DNA from: Ionaspis alba
Taxonomy: Eukaryota
NCBI GenBank assembly: GCA_964255285.1
Contig: CAXUUL010000042.1
Coordinates: forward strand, 1 to 48,086
DNA length: 48,086 nucleotides
Reading direction: 5' to 3'
Below are positions 1-12,258 of the stretch, piece by piece (within the stretch, counting starts at the first letter, position 1; each line of letters starts with the position of its first letter). The position numbers and the translations under genes are program-made. The notes beneath the pieces were generated by a model, which was not told the origin of the DNA, made no database searches, and worked only from the letters and a program-made list of their open reading frames with translations.

Positions 1-187
1 GGGAGCGGAGTCGTAGAATCACTACTCTGCCTCCTTGTATTGATCGCCTGGCAACGAACGGATTGTCCGTTGTACTGGTCCCTCTCACACAATCAGTGTG
101 CTTCTTTCCTGCGACAAACGAACTCGGGTTGTGATCCTTCCTCTCCACAATCTCCTGGGTACGGAGGACTTTATTTCGAAACGTACA

Positions 188-1364
188 ATGTCGCCGGGTC
201 GCTCGGGTCACCGGCGCTCCTTGCGCAACGCTTCAAAGCAGAGCCTCCCTCTTCCGTCGGAGAGGCTTTCCATCATCGCTGAGGACTCTGATGCTCCCTT
301 GCCACAACATCCGGCCAAGACACATCATCGGCCCTTCAGTCGTCGATGGAATCTGGGAGATCCACCGGGACATGACCACGATCAATCACCGCCACATTAT
401 TCCGTTTGGGACGTGACGGGACCCAAAGGCGAGAAGTTGATCGATGTGAGGAACAACAAGTACGTCGTCCGCCGCGGAGGGTGGCGACGTCTGTGCTTGC
501 TTGCGCTGGTGGTGATTGCCGTCGTCGTTGCTCTGGGAGTGGGTTTGGGTATTGGGTTGAGGAAGAAGAATGAAAGCAGGTAAGTTCCTCCAGAAAGCGT
601 CTGCCTTCGTCGCCCATCCGAATTGGCAACGTGCATGCATATATTGACGGTCATGTAGCACCACCACCACCAATACTACTCCTGAAACGAATCCCAACTC
701 CACTCCTTCCGGTCCCTTCCCAATCGGGGCCTACTCTCTGACAACCTTCCTCGACACCGTATCGACGGGCTGCACAGAACAATCTGCGACCTGGACCTGT
801 TATCCGTACACGACCTATGCGGCTGATCCCACTGGCGCGAAGGCATCCTTCAATTGGATCATCGGTGGCTCGCCCGCCAACCTCACCATTTCCTCCACGG
901 ACAACATTTTCGCCATCAACTTTGCCAACGCCTCATTGACGCTTGTCGACGCCAATACTCCTCAGGAACGCTACACCTTCTCCATCTCGAGCGACAAGAC
1001 GGTGGTGCCAAACAGTGATATCACTTCCAAAGGCCTCATGTCAGCGTGCCAGTACAACCGTACCGCGTTTTAAGCAAGCCTGTACACCCGTATGGCCAGC
1101 ACCTACTCCCTGGAGACCAACGCCACTGCTTCATCATCGGCTACGTCGTCAGCAGCGAGCGTCAGTCCAACTCCCGGCGTCGGGCAATCCGGGCAATTTC
1201 AACCGTGGCCGCATGCTGTTGTCGTTGAACAGAAAATCAACGGTGGTGTCGACGTCCCTGCTTGCTACGAAGTGCAGAATGGGAAGCAGGGAGCGAGGAT
1301 TACGAATGGATTGGAACCACAGCCGAGCAGCAGCCTATGCAGTTGTTTGTACAAGAACTACTAA
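188..1364 (+). CDS. Hypothetical single-pass membrane protein (basic patch, TM helix, Cys-containing Ser/Thr-rich extracellular domain); interrupted by in-frame TAA at 1071-1073, possible pseudogene or sequencing error
   Basis: ATG at 188; RRGGWRR followed by hydrophobic LCLLALVVIAVVVALGVGLGIGL; intron 580-658 (GTAAGT...TAG). Exon 2 reads GPFPIGAYSLTTFLDTVSTGCTEQSATWTCYPY...ACQYNRTAF*ASLYTRMAS and continues in frame through ORF 1092-1364 (PWPHAVVVEQ...CSCLYKNY). Confidence 0.75.
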
Positions 1365-1465
1365 TCCTGACGACTTGATCCCGTCGTGGAGAAATTGAGC
1401 GTATGCATACCTATGTCTTGCTGATATCTTCCAGTCGATTTTAGCGAGGTGTTTGGCGTTCCAGA

Positions 1466-1565
1466 NNNNNNNNNNNNNNNNNNNNNNNNNNNNNNNNNNN
1501 NNNNNNNNNNNNNNNNNNNNNNNNNNNNNNNNNNNNNNNNNNNNNNNNNNNNNNNNNNNNNNNNN
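1466..1565. other. Scaffold gap (100 N) flanked by an identical 55-bp overlap
   Basis: 1411-1465 is identical to 1566-1620, consistent with an unmerged contig overlap. Confidence 0.9.
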
Positions 1566-2417
1566 CTATGTCTTGCTGATATCTTCCAGTCGATTTTAGC
1601 GAGGTGTTTGGCGTTCCAGAATACTCGTACAGCTGCTGGTATATTCTAGCTTCTAGGTCTTGATCTCAATCACATGTTTGGCCGCGATATCAGTACTATC
1701 GTTTGTGTCGCAGTCGTGGACATGACCGTATTAATGTTTTGTGCTCAATGGATGGTCTCCGACACTAGCGGGTACCATTTGTATCCTGAGGACCGCGTGC
1801 CATAGTAGGGAAGTTTGTCGATAGCTTACATTCATCGTGGTTGACTGCTGTGCTTCAGTCCACCATGCGCGATTAAAGAACTGATGTTTATTCATGGCTA
1901 CCATGTTTGGACCAAATTCGGAATGAGATTCATGTGACAGGATCTGTTGTAGCCCATGGACACATTTGTAATAATATTTGGAAAGAGGATTTCTGCTGTC
2001 ATTGTTGGAATTATGAAACAGCTATAATACCGTTCCATTGAACCTTGTCCGAAAAGTTGCATCCACCAGTATCCCTAGCTTCCAATGCTCCGTGACTGCC
2101 GTGAGAGAAAATGGAGAAACAGCAAAAGCCAAGCTGTACCGTGGGTATCTCTGATGAAAGCAAGCCAAGACGCTTCATAGAAGAGAAAGAATGCTAGACA
2201 TCGCTCGTACGTTTATGCTTCATCTGTCTCGCCCATAGAGCCAGAAATAACAGCCATCACCTCAAAGAAATATGCAGTGCCGAGAGATTATAGCCACAAG
2301 ATGAACACAGTCGCAGCCAAAGACCAAGGCCATGACCCCACCTGGACAAACGGACCTTTTGCTGAATCTGGGAAGCGTTGCAGCACTGGAGGCTACCCTT
2401 CGCCGTCCTTCGTCTTC

Positions 2418-4177
2418 CTAGGCCCCCAAACCTAACAGCTTGCGTATTTTGGTATATTCTGCAAGTTCCTCATTAGTCGGCCTTTGCTCAACGCCTCTGT
2501 AACGAATAGGATGTTGTCCTGCTTCGCGGGTCAAAGTGAATTGATGCATGGCTGTATCCTCGTCCAGGACTGTAAAATCGGTGATTTTGTAGAGTCCATC
2601 GTAACGCAATCCCTTCGCCGGCCTGTACAGATTCTTGACAGCCAACGCTGCTGACCTCAACACCCGGATCGGCGATCTTAATTTGAAGGATTCCAACATT
2701 TTCTGTGTACCTGCGCTTGGCTTTCCATCGATACCGGATGTGCCACAGTACTTCAGCTTTTCGCCCTCATCGATGTCGGCGTAACCTCCACTGCTGAGGA
2801 CGATCGAGAACGCTCCTTTCCCAGATTGTCCGCTTATTCCAGCCTCGATTTCCCCGTGAGCTTAGAGAGTTGTTAGCTTACAAACCGGCTTGGAGGAATA
2901 AGGAGCAACACCAACCGCCGTCGCGCATAGCACAGATTTGCAACGGCCACCATTGTCCATTTTGAAGGTTGCCTTGTCCAACGTAGTTGCACGACACTCT
3001 TCCTGCATAGTTATGCTCGAGGTTGCGTGTCTTCACATCCTTGCCGCTGCCACTTTTCTTGTTCTTCGACTCGACACCCACGAGCAAATGAGGATCGATC
3101 TTCCCGGCCAACCATTTTTGATGCAAGTGAAAGCTGTCGCTACGAACATCCCAAGGAAAGATACCGTCGTTGTTGTCGAAGATCAGGGAAAGTCCTCCGT
3201 CCTCTAATAGCTTGGATCTCTTGATGAGAACACCAGAAAGAAAGTCGTAGAATTCGGCCTGATGTATTCTCTGGCGAAGCTTGGCCACTGCCTCCGCGGT
3301 ATCTTGGCCGCTTTGGCTTTGTGAAATGCACATCCTGATCAATGTTGAGAGATATTTGAGGTTCTCAAGATCTCCTCGACTGAACCTTTGCTTCAGATCG
3401 ATGTTGTGATACCATTCCGATGAGTGTTGCGTGGTACGTGTGTCTATGGCTTCACTAGAATCGTTCAGAGGAGTTTGCTACAATCATCGAGGGTAAGGAA
3501 ATAAACAAGAACAGAGACGGCAACAGTAGTGGGACAGTAAGAACAACAAGTAAGGTGTTCAAACATGCTGATGTGAAGAACATGGTTAGAAGGAGATGTA
3601 ACAAGCTGCTCTAGATTCTTTCCTAATGCAAAAACAATACTCACATGATATCATATTCGGCGCGGACGGTTTTTGACTTAGACGCCTTTTTGGCGGGAGC
3701 ATACGGACGTTTTTGGGCACCGCTGCGATTCGTCGTATATTTGGACGGTGGAATACGGTCGATATTTTCGAAACGTCCAGTGGAAGGCTCAGACTCGGAA
3801 ATGACTCGTTTCCTCTTTTTAGCAGAAACGTTTCGGCTGAAGTCACCTCCAATCGCCGTTGAAGCTGACTCTCCAGCTGCAAGCCTATCGACGACATTTT
3901 CGTAAGGTACTTCAGGCAGAAACAACGTTTCGGGCGACTCTTCTTTCATAGATTTGCGCTCCACCAAAGTATGGATCATTTTGTTTTCTCGTGGAGGATT
4001 GCTCGAAAGAACGGGACGTTTTGGTGTATTTTTTGTATCAACGGCCGGCATGGCTTGCTTGCGGCGAAATCGGGCATGTTGCGTCGCTTTCGCTATCGAC
4101 TCTTGCTTGGCCTGCTCCAACTTGACCTTGTAATCAAGTCCGAGAGAGTCGGGTTCAGGAATGATGTTGCCGGCCAT
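2418..4177 (-). CDS. SRA/YDG (SAD_SRA, PUA-like) domain protein
   Basis: Inferred exons 4177-3645, 3454-2916 and 2860-2418 are phase-compatible. C-terminal domain: GQWWPLQICAMRDGAHGEIEAGISGQSGKGAFSIVLSSGGYADIDEGEKLKYCGT...PIRVLRS...YRPAKGLRYDGLYKI, with the YDG motif. Confidence 0.9.
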
Positions 4178-4594
4178 GCCGACGGACTCAAGTCACACTT
4201 TGGTAGTGAGCCTCTTTAATTGCACCAGATAACTGTATGAGCATCTGGGAAGTTTCGTACGTGTTCCCACTCAGATTAACGGTTGTCTGCCGGGCGAAGA
4301 TTATTTTGACGCGTTGGGACCTCACGTGGTGGGTAATCGTGCATTGCACCCTGAATACAGGCCTTGGCAACGAGCGATACTCAGTGCAGGTCCGAGATAA
4401 ATAAGCCGGAGACCGGCCTTTGTGCCCTAAAGCATCACGCTGAGCTAAAATAGGTTCGGACACCTTCTCACCAAAATAATAGCGATCAGCCGCCACTGTT
4501 GACTGCTTAGACTACGACGGTGTTTTCTGCTACTACACCATGTAGCTACTCGGTAAAAGATCGTTTATGGGGGTTGTGTATAACTCTGCCAACA

Positions 4595-4614
4595 CCGCGC
4601 GTGTAGACACGCGT
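4595..4614. promoter_or_regulatory. MCB-like elements (CGCGCGT and ACGCGT) in the divergent promoter between the SRA gene and the kinase
   Basis: ccgcgcgtgtagacacgcgt; ACGCGT at 4609-4614 matches the MluI cell-cycle box consensus. Function is not shown. Confidence 0.3.
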
Positions 4615-4829
4615 CTAAATATAGACGAACGTTGTGGCAACTGGCAGCATTATCTATGGGCATGACTGCCAGCGATATGTTTCTACGGCACGGTTCTTCT
4701 TCGTTGCTGAGTATTTACTGTAACACATCCCATTTGCCTGCAAGCAGGTCTTTACTGTATGGGAGGGCATTAAATTCAGCTAAGGCTCTGTTTCCGACTG
4801 CCCTCAGATACCCCCGCCCCGTTACCACT

Positions 4830-6020
4830 ATGTCGGGGGACGACTTGGTGCAGCATGAAACGCGATCCACGATACATGCGAATGAGAAGCTGGTAGGGCA
4901 GTCGGGTCGACACTATCTTATCGAGCGAGTCCTTCAATCGAAGCAGGTCCCGCGGTCCCGTGTTTATCTTACAACGTAGGTATCCAACCAGGTATGTTGC
5001 TAGCACGGGCAGATATGCTGACATTTTTTGTGCCAGATCTGGGCAACAGAAATTCGTAGCCAAGTCCGTTCTGGGCGACTTTCAATACCATCAAGACATG
5101 CAACGGGCGCTCGGCACTAGTCGTTATCTGCGTCTCTTGCAAGACACGATTCCCGAAAGGTCAATGTTCGTCTACACATACCTCAGAGACCATCTGCTCT
5201 CCCTGGCGCAACAAGACTTGCCTCTGCTACTCACGAAGCGGATTCTGAAAGATACATTGCATGGTCTTGCTGAGCTGCATCATCAGAACATTGTGCATAC
5301 CGGTGAGGCCAATCTCTTTATACCCCCGGCTTTCTTAATGGTAACCGCCAAGATACCATAGACATCAAACCGGACAACATCTTGGTCCAGCGGAGCCAAG
5401 CCAATCATAGAATCATCATTGATGAGGTCCGTCTCGGTGATCTCGAAGACTCAGCCTACGTTCCACCTGGCAGCAATATTCGGGGAAGACAAGTGGGCAA
5501 TCAGAATTGGCGCAGTCCGGAAGCTCATGCTGAAGGACGCGTCAACAAACCCTCCGATATGTTCTCTTTTGGTCTCGTGGTAAGTTGAAGAATTGTCAGT
5601 TTTGGTTCGCCTAATGCATAGGTGATTGCTGATATCGTGGAATAGTGTATATATGCTGTGCTGAAGCGCGTCATCATGTATGTCGATGAAAGTACGCTCC
5701 CAGAGGATGAGGTAGCACTGTCCCACGTACTTGAACGCCAGATTTCGTATTTTGCGGACCTGGAAAGTTTTGATGGGCTGTTGAGGCACCTCGGCGACAG
5801 CCCTTGGTGCCAGGTGCTGGAAGCGCTTCGAGACGGCTTCAACAAGGAGAACCCGCGTGAACCGTTCGTCCGATGGAGTATGGAGCCCCTTGACTCGGAC
5901 CTCAAGGATCTCATTGGAGGCCTGACAAATTTTGACCCTACGAAAAGGCTCACGGCAGGCGAAGCCCTCTCGCATAAGTGGTTCCACGATGTTCGAGTAG
6001 AGAGACCTGGAAACCGTTGA
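4830..6020 (+). CDS. Divergent fungal Ser/Thr protein kinase-like protein (4 exons; alternative in-frame ATG at 4677)
   Basis: Spliced product has FVAKSV (subdomain II Lys), HTDIKPDN catalytic loop, LGDLEDS in place of DFG, WRSPE, SDMFSFG and FDPTKRLTAGEALSHKWF. Three GT-AG introns near 4977-5036, 5303-5361 and 5580-5645. Confidence 0.9.
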
Positions 6021-6488
6021 CGGCGAGAAGTCCATCTGGCATAAGAGCACTATAAGTAGATATCATCCCCTACTGGAAGCATTTAAGTTGTGAAGCAATC
6101 GCACATTTGGGGACATTGATGCGCTCTCCGCAGAACGGCTTTATCCGGGATGAGCAAGTGATGCAAAGTGCAGATAACTCAACGCTGAGAGGGACGATTT
6201 GATTCCTCTAGAACATAGTATGAAAGTTGCAGGCCTATGTGCTACCAAGGATATCCAAAGCTTATAGTCAAGGAACACCTGGAGTACTCTACACTGAAGT
6301 CATGGCGAAGGACGCCGATTTTCGAGCCATCGCAACTTTTTTGAAAGAATGCTGCAACGTGGTATAGGACGTACGCTGCTATTGAAGTTTCGCCGGAGGT
6401 AGGATTTTATCTGTCAACAAAACTCCCCGTTATAGCTGAAGCTTATGCAGTAGAGCCAAGTTTGGGACACTGAAGTCCGCAAGGTCGC

Positions 6489-8319
6489 TTACCGCGCCAT
6501 TCGAGATCTTTTCAAAGCTACCACGTTTCGTAATGTACCGAATGTAAGAACATCCCCAATCCTAGTGGCCCCCGACATCAGCATACACAGCCGCTCGATG
6601 CCGCATCCCCAACCGCCCGTAGGTGGGAGGCCCCATTCCAAGGCTTCCAAATAGCTTTCATCGACATTCGTATCGTCTTCGTCGGATCGATATTTCAGTT
6701 GCTCCAAAAACTTCCTTTTCTGCTCGAATGGCGAATTCTCTTCTTCGTAGGTGTTGACAATTTCCTGTGAGTTCACGAAAAGCTCAGCCCGCGCTGCGAC
6801 TCGCTGGTTAACTTTCGGGTGGATGAAGGACTTCGACAGTGGAGACAGACACTCCGGCTGATTGATGATGAAGGTCGGACTTCGACAAAGTGGTTCGATG
6901 TAAGCAGAAGAAAGGCGGTCTAGCATATGTGGAAGCGTCCGTGATGTGGGTAGTGAAATTGAGCAGTCTTCGAGAAGACGGGCAACCTTCTGTCTTGCGT
7001 CAGGTCCGGAGAGATCAGGCAATCGACATTTGATTGCAGCTTCGATTGCAGGGATGAAGTCAATCCGATTGAATGGCACCGAGAAACACGGAATGCTTGA
7101 TTTGTCGACACCGTCGAAAGTCTGTTCGTGAACATGATTCGCAAGCCCATAGAACAAGTCCTCCGTCATCCGGATCAGGTCTTCAAGGTTGGTATAGGCC
7201 CGATAAAACTCGCAAGTCATGAACTCAGGATTGTGCGTGGAATCAAGGCCTGCGAACTGGAATCAGCGAGAAGGTGCACAGGAATGTTATGTTCAGTAGA
7301 GAAATAAAACCTTCATTCCGAAACGATGGGCCGATTTCAAAAACCCTATCAAACCCTCCAATGACCATCCTTTTCAGCCAAAGCTCAGGCGCTATCCGAA
7401 GATTTATGTTGCGATCTGGAAATTCAGTGGCAGAGGTACGAAAACACCTAGCAACTGCACCACCAGCGCCATCAGCAAGAATGGGAGTCTGGACTTCTAC
7501 GTGACCGTCTTTGAGCAGAAAATCGCGCAGATATTGGATGATTTTCGCCTTGAGGCGGAAGATAGACGCAGTATTGGGGTTGACAAGGAAATCTATGTGG
7601 CGATTCTTGATCCTTGATTCTTTATCTTGAAGTTCTGCTGGTAAAGTGTGCAAGCATGGCGAGAGCACTTGCGGAAGATTAGCTAGCAGGACCGACAGCT
7701 GGCCGCTACTTGTTCGATGGGGCCATCCTTCAAGCCCTGCATGACAATTAGGCCTAGAACATCCAACAGAACAACAAGATGTGGGCGAACCCACGTAGGA
7801 TGTCTCCTCTTTGGAGCTTGCGATGAAAATCCCGGAAGACGTCTAGTGTGATACCATGTTTGGACAGAAGCCCAAAATTACACAAGCCTTGCACTCGGTA
7901 GGATTCCTCGAGTATGTCGATGAAAACAAGCTTCGAGCCAGCCACCCTGAAGGAGCTGACTCGCCCTACGTGAGTGAGCGCGAGACAAGACGGTATAGGA
8001 GAGCATGCCTACCATGAAGGGTTACCCTGTCAGTCAGCGCAGCCTGGTCACTGCTCGCCAAGTCGTTGTACTTGTGGATGAAAGCAGAGCACGATAACGT
8101 ATGATCATTAGGGCCCAGGCGAGGATATAAGCCCGTCCCTGGTTGGGCTTGTAGGTGGTTACTGGCCGTGAATTCTTGCTGGGCGATCCTGGAGTCGTCT
8201 TTCAATTTTAGCGATTGTGAAGTTGTCAAACATCGAGTACGGGTGTTCCAGGCAATATCCCATGGCCTTGCCGGTTTGGACAAAATCAAAGAGCGTAGAC
8301 ATGGCCCACATCCTCTCAT
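6489..8319 (-). CDS. MSK1: Lysyl-tRNA synthetase, class II, probably mitochondrial
   Basis: OB-fold start (GRVSSFRVAGSKLVFIDI), [56 protein letters not shown] (motif 2) and GLPPTGGWGCGIERL (motif 3). Arg/Leu/Ser-rich N-terminus resembles a presequence. Three introns; start codon approximate. Confidence 0.92.
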
Positions 8320-8839
8320 ACTAGAGGAACAGAAGTACTCAGTAAACCATCTTGACAAGAAAGCTGCATGGGATTATGTTTTGAGAAAAGTACGGCTGTC
8401 AGATAGGAGGGGTATGATCAAGCATCCCTTGAAGGATGTCATTCGCAACGGTTCTTAGCGTCTTTTACTTTCTTCATACGTTGCGTTTGATAATTTGGAT
8501 GAATCACACAAGAAACGCTAACTTACTTAAACGTGCGAATGCATAGCAAATCATAATCTAAAAGCAACGAGGAATTTATCTGGAATGATTCCAATATTTT
8601 GGAGCGGCCCGTCTAAACAGCCGAGCACTGACACCCAAGCGTCCTATGACATATCCTTGTGCTAGTGAAACACACTGCGAATCACTCGAAGTTGTTCTCT
8701 TTAGTCGGACAATCTGGTGGTTAGAAATGATTCACCACTGGAAACCTTTTCCCAAGGTCGTTGATTTGGGGTACAAGGGTGCATAGCATGGCTTGGGTTG
8801 CGGTCTGTTGCCCAACTATACCAAATCGAATGCGATGAA

Positions 8840-11597
8840 ATGCCCCCCGTCAACGAGCGATTACAAGGGCCTACCGGGCCACCATTGCCTTCAGGTGGCG
8901 TACTTTCTCCAGCAGAGAGCATTACTGCCCAGCCGGACCATGTAGCCTCGAGTGACCGCCTGGTCAGCAGTCAGGTGTCAACTGCAGACCCACAGGAGAT
9001 CATAACACAGCCAATGCACCAACGGCTTCTATTTACAGACCCTGTGGCGTTTAGGTAGACCTCTCTTTCATTCCAGGGTCAAACGAACAACGCTGATGGT
9101 TCTTAGATATCTAGCAGAAGATCTATCCACAACTTTTCTTGAAGGACACCGAACCCTTGTAGGTTATGAGGTCTACATTGTGGAGCAATGGGCATGCTCA
9201 AGAATACACCCCACGTTCGTCATAACCACATACACTGGTCTACCCCAGCACAAAGTCTGTGTTGGTATCCTGAGCGTGCCAACCGACGAAAGCACTTGGT
9301 CCCCTAGATTACGTGTCTATCTCAAAGCCATCTCGCAGTTCCACGCAAGAAAGAAAGAAACATCCTTAGGAAGCTTGATGGTCACCAATTTGAATGGATT
9401 TCCATCAGCATTGACCGTGATTGCAGTCCCCGGAGGTGATGTCCGGGAAATCAGGGAGGACTTCATTCTTAATGAGAACCTGAAGAGATTGGGCTGCTCG
9501 GGACGCGCAGGAATGAACCTTTCTACCCCCACCGGAGCCACACAAGCAAAATTCTACCAGCTGTATCGCACCAGTGACCGGGTCCTTTTGCGTAGCGCTG
9601 TCATTGAGCTCGTCAAGCTTTGCCAGGTAGCTTTAGTGATGTTTGCAAAACTCGCACCAGAATACGCTGATGGTCTCTTATGTGACGTTACTGAAAGGGC
9701 AATTAACGATTGGTGGATTGATATTGGAGTAGAATACTTCAACGTTGAGCCCAGCGACGGCATCCTCGGTCCTACCACGGTTGCTGCTTTGCTTGGGATG
9801 TTACTGGGTGCACGAAACCGTTTGAGTGCCTATGGAGCACCAGTAAATAAGGACGTTTTCGATCTTAGAGCAACCAAGCGAGGTATTGCCTATTTCCAGA
9901 AGTCACAAAAGATTGATAGGACACGAAGGCTCGACCGAAAAACACTCCACCATCTACATCGAGTCACATCAAAGGCTGCAAATAGTGAAGGCTGGGCTGT
10001 CCCGCGTGCCGTGAAGTCCACTGTGGCAGAGCTGAGCGGCAAAGGTGGTGAAATGGTCATGGGTATGGTTGGTGGACGTGAGAAGACAGGAATCGCAGAA
10101 ATCGAGACCCTAGACATCACAACGTTCGCTCAGGCTGTATCAGGGGAGCGCTGCAAATGGCTATGGCAGGGGAAGCCTCGTAAGAGCCACAGTGGTGACC
10201 TTTTCAGCAACCTAGCCGGAGATGACGAAATGGTATTCAGTGCAGATGACACAGGAGGCTATGTATGGTCGAGCAGACCACGAGAATCTGTGGCAGACCA
10301 AGGACGGTCCGCACCTAGCCACCTCGATCACCTTTACCTTCACCCAGGTCAAGGCTCGCACGCCAGTATTGGGACTAGCGAGAGAGACCTTGCTTTCCGC
10401 AAGGCAGTACTCAAAAGTGTCACGGGACGTATGAGCGATGCAAAAAGTGGTCTGGGACGTTTTAAGGAAGCCGTTGGACTACCTGGCTTGCGAGGACACC
10501 ACCACAAGTATTCCAGAGAGAACAATACTGCTACCGAGCATGATAGCCCAAAGGCAATCTATCTGGATGACGATACGCGTCGAGCGGAAGTCGAGACTCC
10601 TCCCCAGTCGCCGAGAGAAGATCTGCATCTGCACCCTGCATATCAAGACTCCGAAGTAGATGTGCAGCGCGGTCAACAACTTTCTTCCAGGACTTCGAAG
10701 AACTCAGGCGATCAAGAGTTGCCAGAGCAGACTAGGAAAAGTGAATGGGCAATTCCACCTGGTGCTGAAACTGTCCTAAGTCCCGGCATACTGACAGATT
10801 TCCACAATGGTGTACGATCCGCTACCATGCCCGTGTCACCGATCTCATCGAGGCCGACCGGGGAAACGGCGGAGACATCACTGCCAGCGGTTGTGCCTCC
10901 TGGCGCAGGATCTTTGTCCCCTGATCCCTTCGGCGTGGATGATCACCTTCTGCTTAGGCCGTCACGACCTTCAGCTATGCAAAGCACACAGAGTGTTCGT
11001 CGTTCCTCGAACGACGTCGATTTATACAGCTTCCAAACTCGCTGGCCGAGGCATCTTTCGTTTAGTTTGATCGAGGGCTCTATATCACCCGACAGCTCCG
11101 TTCGGGACAATGATATTGGTGATAGCCTGCAGGCAGACAGTGCTTGGTCTGAGGAGCAGCACTCGGCTCTCATGGTGCAACGAAGGCTCGCCCAACTGCA
11201 TAAGCTGGAAAAGGAAGACGCAGTCTGGGTCAAAAGCAATCTACAGTTTGTTGAGCTGCTGGCTGAATCTGCGAATACCGACTTGGAAGATCTCAACACT
11301 GTATATTGCCTAAAGATGGAGGAGTACAACTCACTCTACGAAGCAACTACAAACTTGGTGACTGAGGAGAAGACGTCATTGACCGAGGCTCTCAAAGAAT
11401 TTGACGTGTTAGGTGCTAAATTAGAATACGAACTCAATGCACTACAAACACGAATAGGGGATGTGGAAGATAGCGTGGCGGACTTCGAAAGACAAATTAT
11501 AGAACTCGAAGGCAGAGCCTTCAATCTTGAGAGTGAAGAGCGGTGTCATGAACCATGGTTCTGGCGCATGATCGAGTTCCTCAGGGGCAGTAAATAG
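8840..11597 (+). CDS. STB2/STB6-like (Sin3-binding) protein with C-terminal coiled coil
   Basis: FTDPVAFR|YLAED...GYEVYIVEQWACSR, FILNENLKRLGCSGR, DGLLCDVTERAI and EPSDGILGPTTVAALLG are motifs I recognise from the STB2/6 family. One intron near 9055-9106. Confidence 0.85.
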
Positions 11598-11898
11598 AGA
11601 CTGAGCGCGTGGAGCAACGTGCTTGTGATCCACGATAATACAACAAAAGATTCTCCAGTTCGTCAAGAGAACACTGTACACGTTTCCCCATTTGCCAATG
11701 CGCCACATGTTAATACTCGATGCTGGTATGCAATGAACCACCGGGTCCAAGACTTGTAACGACAGCTCAAGCCGCTCACCCTGAATGCTAGCACCTTGAA
11801 ATGCTAATATCTTATCATCTGCTGCTATCCTTCACTTCACGGGCACTCATCTGCGTGCACTTGTTGGCGGGTCTCTTTGTTCGAAGAACAACGACCCT

Positions 11899-12258
11899 TC
11901 ACATGCCATAACTCATGCCGCTCCCCATTCCTTGTTTCCCCGCTGCCTCATTCTGCATTTTTTCGCTGACTTTCAGGTTGACATCAAAGAACTTCGACAC
12001 ACAACGGTCGAGGCATACGGATTCTCCCTTGTTGAGGTCCCCTTCGCGATAATCGGGAGGGATGCATTTCTTTGCGCAGGACTGAGTGAGGCTTGTGATC
12101 AGATTTTAGTCAGAGTAGCATAGCGAGCTCATTTGCAGCTCAGATTGAGTAGAGAAATACCGGTTAAACATATCCGATACCATCTCTATCTCTGTCTCAG
12201 CAGCAGCAATCTTTTCTGCGGATGATTGTTGGGGACGTCCGCCAAAGAGGAAAGACAT
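11899..12258 (-). CDS. TIM10: Mitochondrial intermembrane-space small Tim chaperone Tim10 (not present in the ORF track)
   Basis: Manual translation: [79 protein letters not shown]..., with twin CX3C motif and one intron (~12160-12092). Confidence 0.95.

Noticed and set aside
1411..1620. Perfect 55-bp direct repeat around an N run (looks like an LTR or target-site duplication)
   Set aside because: Both copies directly abut a standard 100-N gap, which is the pattern of an unmerged contig overlap.
6100..6370. Short open stretch downstream of the kinase (AYVLPRISKAYSQGTPGVLYTEV...)
   Set aside because: No recognisable motif or coherent exon structure.
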